A DNA stretch of 64,000 nucleotides from Candidatus Amesbacteria bacterium RIFCSPLOWO2_01_FULL_48_25 (GTDB lineage Bacteria; Patescibacteriota; Microgenomatia; CAZETR01; Amesbacteraceae): NCBI GenBank assembly GCA_001773695.1, contig MEXN01000003.1, positions 25,547-89,546 of the forward strand, written 5' to 3'. This document shows, piece after piece, positions 48,948 through 57,800 of the stretch. Under the pieces are notes generated by a model, which saw only the letters and a list, made by a program, of their open reading frames with translations, did no database searches and had not been told where the DNA came from. The position numbers and the translations under genes are program-made. Within the stretch, counting starts at the first letter, position 1; every line of letters starts with the position of its first letter.

Positions 48948-50442
48948 CTAAAAGACCCAGACCGCTGATAACGATTGGGAACAAAATCAGATGATAGTAT
49001 TGCCAGCTATTGAAGTATTTAGAACCAAAAGCCTTAAAGGCGAATGATTTGAGACGACCGGCTGATAAATGATCAAAATTTCTGCCAACGGTATATTTTT
49101 GTTGCATGCCGGAAATTTTCTCCAAGGCTAAAATTTCTACTTGCGGGGGATTGGCACTGGAAGTGAGGGCACCTGCTAAGTTGACGGCAACGGAATAGAC
49201 AAACAAGGCAAAGAAGAGGGCTGAAACCAATGGTTTGGGGCGGGATTTGGAAAGACCCACCCCAATAAAAATGGCTGATAGAGCATATGAAGGGATTAGG
49301 TAGCGGGACCCGAAACCCCACCCCCCCCACGGGTCTCCCCATAAAGAATATAGAACCAGATTTATGCCCAAAACACTTATAAGTAAAGGTAATAATGGGT
49401 GGTGAGAGCGAAAGAGATAAGAAGCGCCAAAGATTGCTAGGATTACGATAGGGGCGAAATATATAATCCCACGATCCGGACTAATAAAGTGGATGTAAAG
49501 TCCATTTAGTAGATTACGAGATTTAAAAAAGTTGACAGCAGATTTTTTTTGAATTTCCGGACGGACAAATCTCTCTAAGTCCTGCTGTGTATTTTGGGCG
49601 GCTTGGGGCACGCCCGGACGACCTTGAGCATCGATAGCTCTGACACCGGAGATGGTACCGGCGAGTTGAAAGGGGTTGCCATATGATTTGAGGTTAAAAT
49701 AACCGAGCAGTACTAAAGGAGGAACTACGGCCAGCACTGATAATAGTTTAATTGGACTTTTTTTGACATTGAATGTTTTAACCAAGGCGAAAAGTGCGAT
49801 AGGGACAAACATAACTAAGTTGGGATAGTCAACCGTGAAGGAAAAGGCCATGAAAAACCACACCAATGCCAGTCTTTTAAAATTGGGGGGTTGGGTCAAA
49901 AGATAAATACTAGTCAGAATAAGAAGAGTAGACGCGTGGTGTTGGTAGAGACTGACAGAGTAGGCAAAGGCAGGAGTAGCAAATAGAAATGTCAGTCCGG
50001 CTAGGCTGCCTGTGAAGAGTGAAGCGCCAAGTTTGCGGGAGATGACCCCAACGAGCAAGAAGTTGAGAAACGCAAACAAGGAAACGGTGGCATAGGATAA
50101 CAAGGGGCCGGAACCAATTAGTTTTCCTAACAAGTATCCCGGAGCGATCAGAAACGATAGCCCTGGTGCAAACAGAGAAACGTATTTGCCGTCTTTGTAA
50201 CCTAAGTCGGGAACGGCAAATCTGGCCAGAGGAATTGAATAGTGAAAGGAGCCATCTTCGATCAGGGAAAAGGTGACAGAGAATCGCCCTCTTTCAACAG
50301 ACAACTCGAATGGCCCACCTTCCGACCAACGAGGCGTGTTGAGTTCGCTGGCCGTGGGGTTACCCAAAAGCCCTCTGACTGAGCCGGCCAAAACTATGAC
50401 GGCAATAATAGAAACTGTGATAGTTAGAAATTTACCTTTCAT
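48919..50442 (-). CDS. Polytopic membrane protein (putative GT-C-type transferase)
   Basis: Start trimmed to MKGKFLTITVSIIAVIVLAGS at 50442, giving an ATGA overlap with the GT4 stop. The ORF-track N-terminal extension is rejected. Contains a G8 tract encoding WGGW. Confidence 0.45.
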   Translation of the reverse strand: MKGKFLTITVSIIAVIVLAGSVRGLLGNPTASELNTPRWSEGGPFELSVERGRFSVTFSLIEDGSFHYSIPLARFAVPDLGYKDGKYVSLFAPGLSFLIAPGYLLGKLIGSGPLLSYATVSLFAFLNFLLVGVISRKLGASLFTGSLAGLTFLFATPAFAYSVSLYQHHASTLLILTSIYLLTQPPNFKRLALVWFFMAFSFTVDYPNLVMFVPIALFALVKTFNVKKSPIKLLSVLAVVPPLVLLGYFNLKSYGNPFQLAGTISGVRAIDAQGRPGVPQAAQNTQQDLERFVRPEIQKKSAVNFFKSRNLLNGLYIHFISPDRGIIYFAPIVILAIFGASYLFRSHHPLLPLLISVLGINLVLYSLWGDPWGGWGFGSRYLIPSYALSAIFIGVGLSKSRPKPLVSALFFALFVYSVAVNLAGALTSSANPPQVEILALEKISGMQQKYTVGRNFDHLSAGRLKSFAFKAFGSKYFNSWQYYHLILFPIVISGLGLLVGHTAYERH

Positions 50443-51608
50443 GAGCCGAGGGCTGTTGTATACATTTTTTCTACCTGGAGGGAGATGTTTTGCCAAGAAT
50501 GGCCTCGGGTAAAATCTGTATTGCGCTTGCGCATTGCCAATATCTGCCTGGCATGAGAGGAATCGAGAATGTACTTGACAGCATCGGCCACTGATACCTC
50601 GTCGTATTCGGGGACACAAAAGCCATTTATCTTGTCTTTTATCAACTCTTCCAAGGCAGTGCCTCGGGATACGATACAAACACAGCCCTGACTCATCGAT
50701 TCGTGAATGACGTTACAATAACTTTCCCAAAGAGCCATGTGGACATTGACTACAGAATGTCTAAGCCAATAGTATTTATTTACACCAGAAATGACTCCTA
50801 AGAAATGCACCCGATCGAATAGGCCAAGTTGGGATATTAAGAGATCTAGAGACTTTTTATATTCGGGGTCGGTTACAGGGCCGATGATTACAAATTGGAT
50901 GTCTTGAGGTAAGTGTTTTAGCGCTTTAATGCCGGTGGCTTGATTTTTGATAGGGTGGATGCGACCGATCTGGATAAGATACCGGCCTAGTTTTCGGACT
51001 TGGTCTGTGGTTACTTGATTGGCTAGTTTTTCGATTTGGGTATAGACCTCTCTCTCCAAGCCGTTGTGAATAATGTGGATAATGTCTGGTCGCATCCCGT
51101 GTTTGATGCTTTCGACTGCCTCCCAATCCGAGACGGAACGCAGCCCGTCTACTGCCGCATTAATAAGATGCACTCCTAAAATTTCTTGATAGGTTTTTTT
51201 GATGAAACGAGAAAGGGGTGAAAAAGTTCTCCACTCGGGAGTGAAACCGCCGTGAGGGGTAAGGAAAACTTTGGGAGAACTCATTCCAAGAGTACGACGG
51301 ATGAGGACTATTATTAGGAGCCATGAGTGGGGAAAGATATTAAAATTGTGAAGTGCAATGGCAGGAGTATGTGCCCAGTCTATGCGGGGAACAAAGCCGT
51401 ACCAACGCCAAGGATAACGATGGATATTCATGCCGTCGAGATGATCGATTACAGGAAGGGAGTTTTTGGCCTCTGGCATGTCAGTCGAGGTGTGGATTGT
51501 GACATCCCAGCCGTGGGAAACCATGTGCTTATAGACGTTTCTGACATTGATTTCTATTCCTGCTGCCAGGGGATAAAAGTACTTGACGATGACATCTATT
51601 TTTTTCAT
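50439..51608 (-). CDS. GT4 (group 1) glycosyltransferase
   Basis: Start trimmed to MKKIDVIVKYFYPLAAGIEIN at 51608, with an ATGA overlap. The C-terminal ...ESYCNVIHESMSQGCVCIV...ELI is a GT4 E(x7)E-type region. Confidence 0.7.
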   Translation of the reverse strand: MKKIDVIVKYFYPLAAGIEINVRNVYKHMVSHGWDVTIHTSTDMPEAKNSLPVIDHLDGMNIHRYPWRWYGFVPRIDWAHTPAIALHNFNIFPHSWLLIIVLIRRTLGMSSPKVFLTPHGGFTPEWRTFSPLSRFIKKTYQEILGVHLINAAVDGLRSVSDWEAVESIKHGMRPDIIHIIHNGLEREVYTQIEKLANQVTTDQVRKLGRYLIQIGRIHPIKNQATGIKALKHLPQDIQFVIIGPVTDPEYKKSLDLLISQLGLFDRVHFLGVISGVNKYYWLRHSVVNVHMALWESYCNVIHESMSQGCVCIVSRGTALEELIKDKINGFCVPEYDEVSVADAVKYILDSSHARQILAMRKRNTDFTRGHSWQNISLQVEKMYTTALGS

Positions 51609-52276
51609 TTGATTGCGACCAGGGTAACTATACATGGGTATCTGACATCTGTAATCTCCAGATCCGCGATATTTACGTCTTGTTGGGACATGCCTACCCA
51701 AAAGTACTGGCCGGCTAGGACGTTGCCGTAAGTTTTTATATCTATGTTTTTTGACCTGAAATACTTTCCGAATATGTATTTGACAGAATAAGGAGTGAAA
51801 CGCCAATAGACTTTTTCTTTTAAGATCGGTCCCAGACAGGATGAGGTAAAAAGCAAGACTCCTCCCGGCTTGAGGATGCGATGGCATTCACATGCGGCCG
51901 CCTGGACATCGTCAATTAGACCCAAGACGTGAGTCAGAATAAGGCAATCGTAAGTATTGGATTTTACGGTAGTTAAATGCTTGAGGTCGCCATGAATAGT
52001 GGCGAGTTTATTTTTTGGATTGATGTCTAGCACGTCACTTTTAGTAACTTTTAAGCCAAATTTGATAGTATAAAATGAATCAGTGACTTCAAGGCATCTG
52101 CCAGTTATAAGTTTTTTATTAGCTGTGAGAAATTTTTCGATCCAATACCTATCTATTGGGTTTCCCCGATCGAAGCCAAATTTGTGGCTTAACGGCTTGG
52201 CGCTTGGCCTGGCTAACCAATATAGTCCGGCTGGGCGGAAAAGACGCATGATAAGAGCACGAATTTTTGAAATCAT
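51605..52276 (-). CDS. Class I SAM-dependent methyltransferase
   Basis: 223 aa. CLEVTDSFY...VLDINP...YDCLILTHVLGLIDD...LKPGGVLLF. Confidence 0.55.
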   Translation of the reverse strand: MISKIRALIMRLFRPAGLYWLARPSAKPLSHKFGFDRGNPIDRYWIEKFLTANKKLITGRCLEVTDSFYTIKFGLKVTKSDVLDINPKNKLATIHGDLKHLTTVKSNTYDCLILTHVLGLIDDVQAAACECHRILKPGGVLLFTSSCLGPILKEKVYWRFTPYSVKYIFGKYFRSKNIDIKTYGNVLAGQYFWVGMSQQDVNIADLEITDVRYPCIVTLVAIK

Positions 52277-53934
52277 TTTGTTAAACTCTTGGAACTAACC
52301 ACCATGTCCCAACGACTACTGACATTTGTTTGAGGGAGTAACTGCGATCTCAAAAAGGTAAATGAGACTAGCATTAAGTATAGAACGGCATAAATGGGAG
52401 ATTTAATAAATTCCCAAAATCCGGAAAAGAAATAAAGATACCACGGAGGATTGAAGTTGTTGTTCGTTATTTTTCGTCCGGAATTAAAGTAGCGCCAACT
52501 TTGTTTCCAGTGATCGGCCAGGGTTTTTGGTAAACGGTAGTAGATTCTAGTACTGGAAACAAATGTGTACTTAAAACCATGCAACTTGGCAAAAACATAA
52601 GTAAATTTGTCCTCCCCCCCCGAGTTGGGAAAATGAATGGCTTTGGCCAGACGCCGTGATAGGGCCCTAACTGGGCCGTGGCAAGACAGCGCGTTGTCAC
52701 CACCATTGAATGACTCGAAAACCCGGTTTTTTCCAGCCATGCCAACACTTAGAGTTTTCTCTAGCCAATTGGTGGGGGGAAGATGACGAATCGGGCAGGA
52801 AACCAGATCGGCTGATTCATTTACGAAGGGACGGGTAATTTGGGAAAGAAAGAAGGGATCGAAAACTCTGATATCGGCGTCCATTAATAGTGTCACATCG
52901 GAATCGGATCGAGAAAGCAAAACATTGTTGGCGTGGGTCCGACCGTGGCGCTTTTGGGAAGAGATTAAGTCTATCCGAGGATCAGAAAATCCGCGAACTA
53001 TTTTGTCCGTGTCGTCCGTGCTACCATCCGAATAGACTAGAATTTTTTGTAATTTGTAATGGGGGGAAGGGAAATGATTGAGTAAGTCATCGAGAAATTT
53101 AGCAATGTTTTGGGATTCGTTGTGAGCCGGAACTGTGACGGTTACTGATAGTTGTTTAACTGGAGAAGAATGATAAAAAGATTCCAATTTGGGGATATTT
53201 GATAAATTGCCTTTGAATATTGCTTTGACCTGTGAGGTATATTGGGATATCGAATTGATTTTCTGTGAATGATTTAAAGAGACGACCAATTTTTTAGGAT
53301 TTAGAAGTTGAACAAATTTGGGATCAACTGAAAATTTGAATATATAAGGAAAATCTTCCCAGTAATAAACATTTGTAAATGTTTGGGCGCATAAGTCGCG
53401 GACGATCACATGATCTACGTGATTACCCACTGCCATTGGGCAAAAAATCAAAGAACTAGGAGCGTTAATAATATTTAATAGCCTTTTTCTTACTTGAATT
53501 AGAGTCTCCAAATCTTTTTCGGAAACTTGTCCACGAGAAATATGCCATCTATAAGTTGGGTAGATTTTTTCACGCCACAGAGCATCGGTGAATCCCAAAT
53601 TAACTACTTTGACATGCGGGAAGAAGGAAAAGGCCCGTTTGTCTTCTTGTATGCGGACTTTTTGCAGCACGATTGGATCTTTAAAACCACTCTGGCGAAG
53701 GAATGCGAGTTGAGATAACGATTGAGGCCCGGCGTGTGTTTTAGTGAAGATGTTTATGACAGTTACCGGAACTTTATCAGAGAGATATGAGATTAGTCCC
53801 CCGGCTGAAAATAATGCATCGTCGAGATGGGGGGAAATAAAATAGACAGGAGTGTTGTTTTTGATGATATTTTTGATTGTCTTGGTCATACTGGACTGAG
53901 AGAAATTCCCTTCTTTAGCAAGTTGGTGTACCAA
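52273..53934 (-). CDS. Bifunctional fusion: N-terminal PIG-L/LmbE-family de-N-acetylase plus C-terminal family 2 glycosyltransferase
   Basis: 553 aa. The N-terminal VYFISPHLDDALFSAGGLISYL...MAVGNHVDHVIV is a PIG-L signature. The C-terminal VTVTVPAHNESQNI...ILVYSDGSTDDT...LLMDADIRV is GT2. Contains a G8 tract encoding SGGE. Confidence 0.65.
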   Translation of the reverse strand: MVHQLAKEGNFSQSSMTKTIKNIIKNNTPVYFISPHLDDALFSAGGLISYLSDKVPVTVINIFTKTHAGPQSLSQLAFLRQSGFKDPIVLQKVRIQEDKRAFSFFPHVKVVNLGFTDALWREKIYPTYRWHISRGQVSEKDLETLIQVRKRLLNIINAPSSLIFCPMAVGNHVDHVIVRDLCAQTFTNVYYWEDFPYIFKFSVDPKFVQLLNPKKLVVSLNHSQKINSISQYTSQVKAIFKGNLSNIPKLESFYHSSPVKQLSVTVTVPAHNESQNIAKFLDDLLNHFPSPHYKLQKILVYSDGSTDDTDKIVRGFSDPRIDLISSQKRHGRTHANNVLLSRSDSDVTLLMDADIRVFDPFFLSQITRPFVNESADLVSCPIRHLPPTNWLEKTLSVGMAGKNRVFESFNGGDNALSCHGPVRALSRRLAKAIHFPNSGGEDKFTYVFAKLHGFKYTFVSSTRIYYRLPKTLADHWKQSWRYFNSGRKITNNNFNPPWYLYFFSGFWEFIKSPIYAVLYLMLVSFTFLRSQLLPQTNVSSRWDMVVSSKSLTK

Positions 53935-54875
53935 ATGACGTTTTCGCGGGGAGCGTTCCAGGTGAGGTTGTGAATCTCACAGTTGATCATGAGACTACTG
54001 ACCCTCTTGGTGTAATTGGGGTCTTTTTTAGATTTGGCTGAAATACGAGAAAAAAGTCTGTTTCTCAGACCGTGGCTGATACCCATAGTAGAAATAGAGG
54101 TGACAGTTTCAAACTCCGGATACGTATAAGAGACTTGTTCCACATCGAGGATATGGATCTTTTTACCGCGGAGATAGATATTTCTGAAATTCAGATCACC
54201 ATGAACAAGCGTGGATTGATAATAACCTGTGAAAGCCGAAATGTTTTTGACAAATACCCAAATACCGCGAAGAATATCCAAGAATAAATTGGGGTGCTCG
54301 AAAATTGCGGCGATGGTGATTAGGGGCAGTATGCATAAATATTCCCCGATGAGTTTATGGCGGAACTGGGATACTTCAAGTCTGGTCATGTGGCGACCCA
54401 AAAATCTTAAATAGCCAACTACTTGATTGTGTATTTGGATCTGACGACGTGAATCATGGACTTTCGCCAGTGGTTTACCCAAAATAAATTTTGTTCCTAA
54501 AATTAATTTATGTTTTTCGTGGCGGGAGAAAGCCACGTTAGGTATGGAAAGTGCTTTGTACTTTGGTGGGAGAATATGGGCGACCCGGTCGTGGACATTG
54601 TTTAAGATTTGGATTGAGGTAAGCTGATGAAGCAGGTCATAATAATGGATGTCTTTTCTCTTGCCAGTCCAAATCTTCATAACAACCCGCAACCCTAACG
54701 GGTCTTGATATAGGCCCACTTTGAATGGAAAATGTTTTTCCGGTTGCAAATCACGAATTAACTTGAAGCGATCAATATGTTGGGGCATCTGCCTGGGAAC
54801 GTCCCGAAACCTTTTTTCGAATAGGCTGTTGTATAAATAACTAAAAATGATATTGACAAGCTTACTGATATTCAT
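53886..54875 (-). CDS. Protein-kinase-like fold phosphotransferase (APH/ChoK/Kdo-kinase-like)
   Basis: 329 aa. Catalytic-loop-like LVHGDLNFRNIYL (HGDxxxxN), then IHILDVEQVSY, which is DxE/DFG-like. Confidence 0.5.
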   Translation of the reverse strand: MNISKLVNIIFSYLYNSLFEKRFRDVPRQMPQHIDRFKLIRDLQPEKHFPFKVGLYQDPLGLRVVMKIWTGKRKDIHYYDLLHQLTSIQILNNVHDRVAHILPPKYKALSIPNVAFSRHEKHKLILGTKFILGKPLAKVHDSRRQIQIHNQVVGYLRFLGRHMTRLEVSQFRHKLIGEYLCILPLITIAAIFEHPNLFLDILRGIWVFVKNISAFTGYYQSTLVHGDLNFRNIYLRGKKIHILDVEQVSYTYPEFETVTSISTMGISHGLRNRLFSRISAKSKKDPNYTKRVSSLMINCEIHNLTWNAPRENVIWYTNLLKKGISLSPV

Positions 54876-57800
54876 ATGCTGGTTGATGGCTTAGGGGAAC
54901 ATCAATTTCGGGAACTAGGAGAAGTTTGACTGCCTCTAAAAAAGACCGTGATTGTGATTCCCAGGAGAATTGGCGAGACCAGGCTTGAGAATTTTTGGAA
55001 AAATATTTGAGGATCGAGGGGCGGTGAATCAGGGATTTAATCGTATTTGCCAAGGTATATGGATCAAGGGGGGGAACCAGGATACCGGTTTGGTTGTGGC
55101 GAACCGAATCGCGAAGACCAATTACATCCGAGGCGATGGCGGGAGTGCCACAAGCGTTGGCTTCGATGACGGTAATCCCCCACCCTTCGAACGAACTGGG
55201 CTGAAGCATGGCCCAAGATTGGGACAACAACTGGACTTTTTCTTTCTCCGTCACCCGGCCGAGAAAATAAACATTATTACTTAAGTTTAAATCTTCGGCG
55301 AGGTGCCGCAATTCTTTTATCCCCTCACCGACTCCGGCAATGTTCAGCCGGGCTTTGGGATGATCACGAACCACTTGAGAGAAAGCCCGAATAGCCACGT
55401 CTATATTTTTGTACGGGCGGATCCGGCCCACATAAACAAACGATGGATTTTTTGTTTTTGGCGCTTTGCGGATGTACTCCCTAAGAGTAATCCCGGGATT
55501 AACTATGGTGATATCTTCCGGACGGCTTAAACCGATGCGGACGATGTCGTTTTTGGAGGATTCGGAGACAGTAATAATCTTTTGGTTATGGTAGACAAGG
55601 GGCATGAGACGGGATTCCAAAGCCATGGCAAACTGAGCCACGGGAAAGGGCAGACGGCCCTGGAAAATTATTTTATCCTGATGGATGTGATGGATGAGGA
55701 GAATTTTGGGAATACGGGCGAATAGTGGAGTAAAAAATGGGATACCGTTTTCAGAGTCGATAACAATGTCAAATCGGTTCCGAAGACGCAACAAATAATA
55801 TATTACAGCCCAGAAATAGACTGTGTAAAAACCGCCATGGCGAATGATTTTCACTCCGTCGATTGTTTCCTTGCGGGGACAATTGCCGTCATTGCCGCAA
55901 AAAATGGTGACCGTATGGCCCTGGGCAGCCCAACGCTTGCCAAGCTCGTGAATATAGACCTCGGCGCCGCCGGCCCATTTATGGCGGATGTCCCGCCAGT
56001 TGAAAATTAGAATCCGGAGAGAATCCGATTTGGATGGGGAAAGTTCGCGAGGAAAAAAGCGGATCAATAAATCCCATAGATCCCTGATGTTGTTGGTCAC
56101 CGACCAGGAAAACTGGTAATAGAAATGGAGCATGAGAAAACTGCCCAGGTAAACTAAACTTAAAACCAGCATGACAGTGACTAAATCCGCAAGACTTGAA
56201 TGGAAAAAGTAGACTAAAACCGGTTGGAGGGAAGCTAAAATGAAGCCTAAAATGGGAAAGACATATTGGCGACGGGCTTGGTGATAATTGACGATACTAC
56301 CAGACAGGGTGAAGTTGACCATGGCCAGGCAGTACCAGGTTAACAAGGGGATGACGGAAATGATCTTCGGGCCGAAAAGAAGAGGAGCGAAAATTGACCC
56401 CAATGGCCCCAAAGCGACAAAGCCCATGATACTGGTAACGCTATTGCCCAGCAACAGGCGGTAAAACAGCGGCTTGGGATTGGCACCTTCCCCCTCGGCC
56501 CGACTGACTACGGGGATGATGAATGGATCAAATAAAGAGCCTAGAAAATAAACAATTTTACCGGCTAACGATATCAGAACATATTGACCGGCGATAGCGG
56601 GAGGTAAATAGATTTTGGCTAAGATTACGTCCAAACTCAAAAACGCCAGAGATGAAAGCTTGATAAGAATCGAGGTGCTAAAAAACCGAAAGGGGAAATG
56701 GGGTGCTGATTGCAGGGTCTTTGTGGCAACTATTTGGGGTTTGATAGCTCTGACTGCCAACCAACAGACTGCGAGAGCGGCGACTAATGAGAGAGGGTGA
56801 GAAGCGTATATATATTGGGGCCAACCCAAGCGGACAAAAAAGACGGCGAAAGCAAACTTGGATACAGATTCGACAGTGACCATAGCAGCAAGTACCGCAA
56901 ACCGGTGATGGCCAGCTAGGAATCCCCGATTCGTGGCCACTAAGGCAGTCGCTAACCATAACGGGGTGATAAGGAAAAACGGAGTCGTATTGCCGTTTGC
57001 TTGGAAAACCCGGGACATCCACGGAATGACCGCGATCCAGACGGCTGTCACTCCTAGCGAAATATACAAAACCCGACTTTTGATAAAGTTCCAAAAGTGG
57101 TTTACATAACGGTTCTTTTGACCCAAAAGAAATGCTACCCGGTGCGAGAGAGTTTTGGAGAGAGCGGTGGTAGGGATTTGCACCAAATAGGCAATACTAC
57201 CCATTAGGCCCACCAGACTGAATTCTTCTATGGAAATGGCCCGACCCAAATATATGTTGTAGAGAAAATTGAAAAAATTGCTGAGCATGGTAGAGGCTAC
57301 CAGAAGCGTGCCTCCCTTAAGTAAGGGTTGGGGTAGAACTCCCAGCCGTCCAAATTGATGAGAAACAAAGTTCCTCAGGCTTGAGAGCCAGGACTGACGG
57401 GCTTCTTTGGAAACTTCGAACAAATGGAGACCGTGGTGGGTTTTTTCCCAGTAATAGGGACGGAATACCAACTGCCAGAATGCCTTGAAAGCTGCTAGGC
57501 TTATAAACAGCCAGTAGAGGGGGACGGCAAATACGTATTTGACCAATTCCCACCGGCCGCGTTTGGCACAGCCAATCATGTAGTAATAGAGGTAGAGAAA
57601 ATTGCCGAAAATAGCGGAGAAGGCAGCCAGATAAAAGATGGCGGCGGGATAGAGGGACTCGATAGTGGGTCCGACATATTTATAAAGAGCAAAATAAGAA
57701 ATTGTCGCCAGCCACAAGAAGGGGTTAATAAGCATAAATGCGATCCGGCCGCCGACGATAAGCTGAAAAATTAGAGCGTGCCAACCGTGGGACTTTAAAA

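Noticed and set aside
3480-49561. A8-A9/T8-T9 homopolymer runs in coding regions (for example 3480-3487, 5296-5304, 15944-15951, 26030-26038, 35606-35613, 38279-38286, 49554-49561)
   Set aside because: They encode Lys-Lys or Phe-Phe in an AT-leaning genome and are expected by composition. Unlike the G/C tracts, they are not flagged as special.
50439-51887. Long N-terminal extensions given by the ORF track (for example 50439..51887, 48919..50679, 60528..62003, 37319..38668, 18126..19313, 20786..21760, 43833..44903)
   Set aside because: The extensions read through the upstream gene in another frame and have non-protein-like composition. Conserved family N-termini (MKKIDVIV, MKGKFLTI, MKKLVF signal peptide, MVKVVIVMPSYNE, MKRAGIH..GGGE, MLSVVITAWNE, MSWFRHLF) begin at internal ATGs that give 4-nt overlaps or short spacers.
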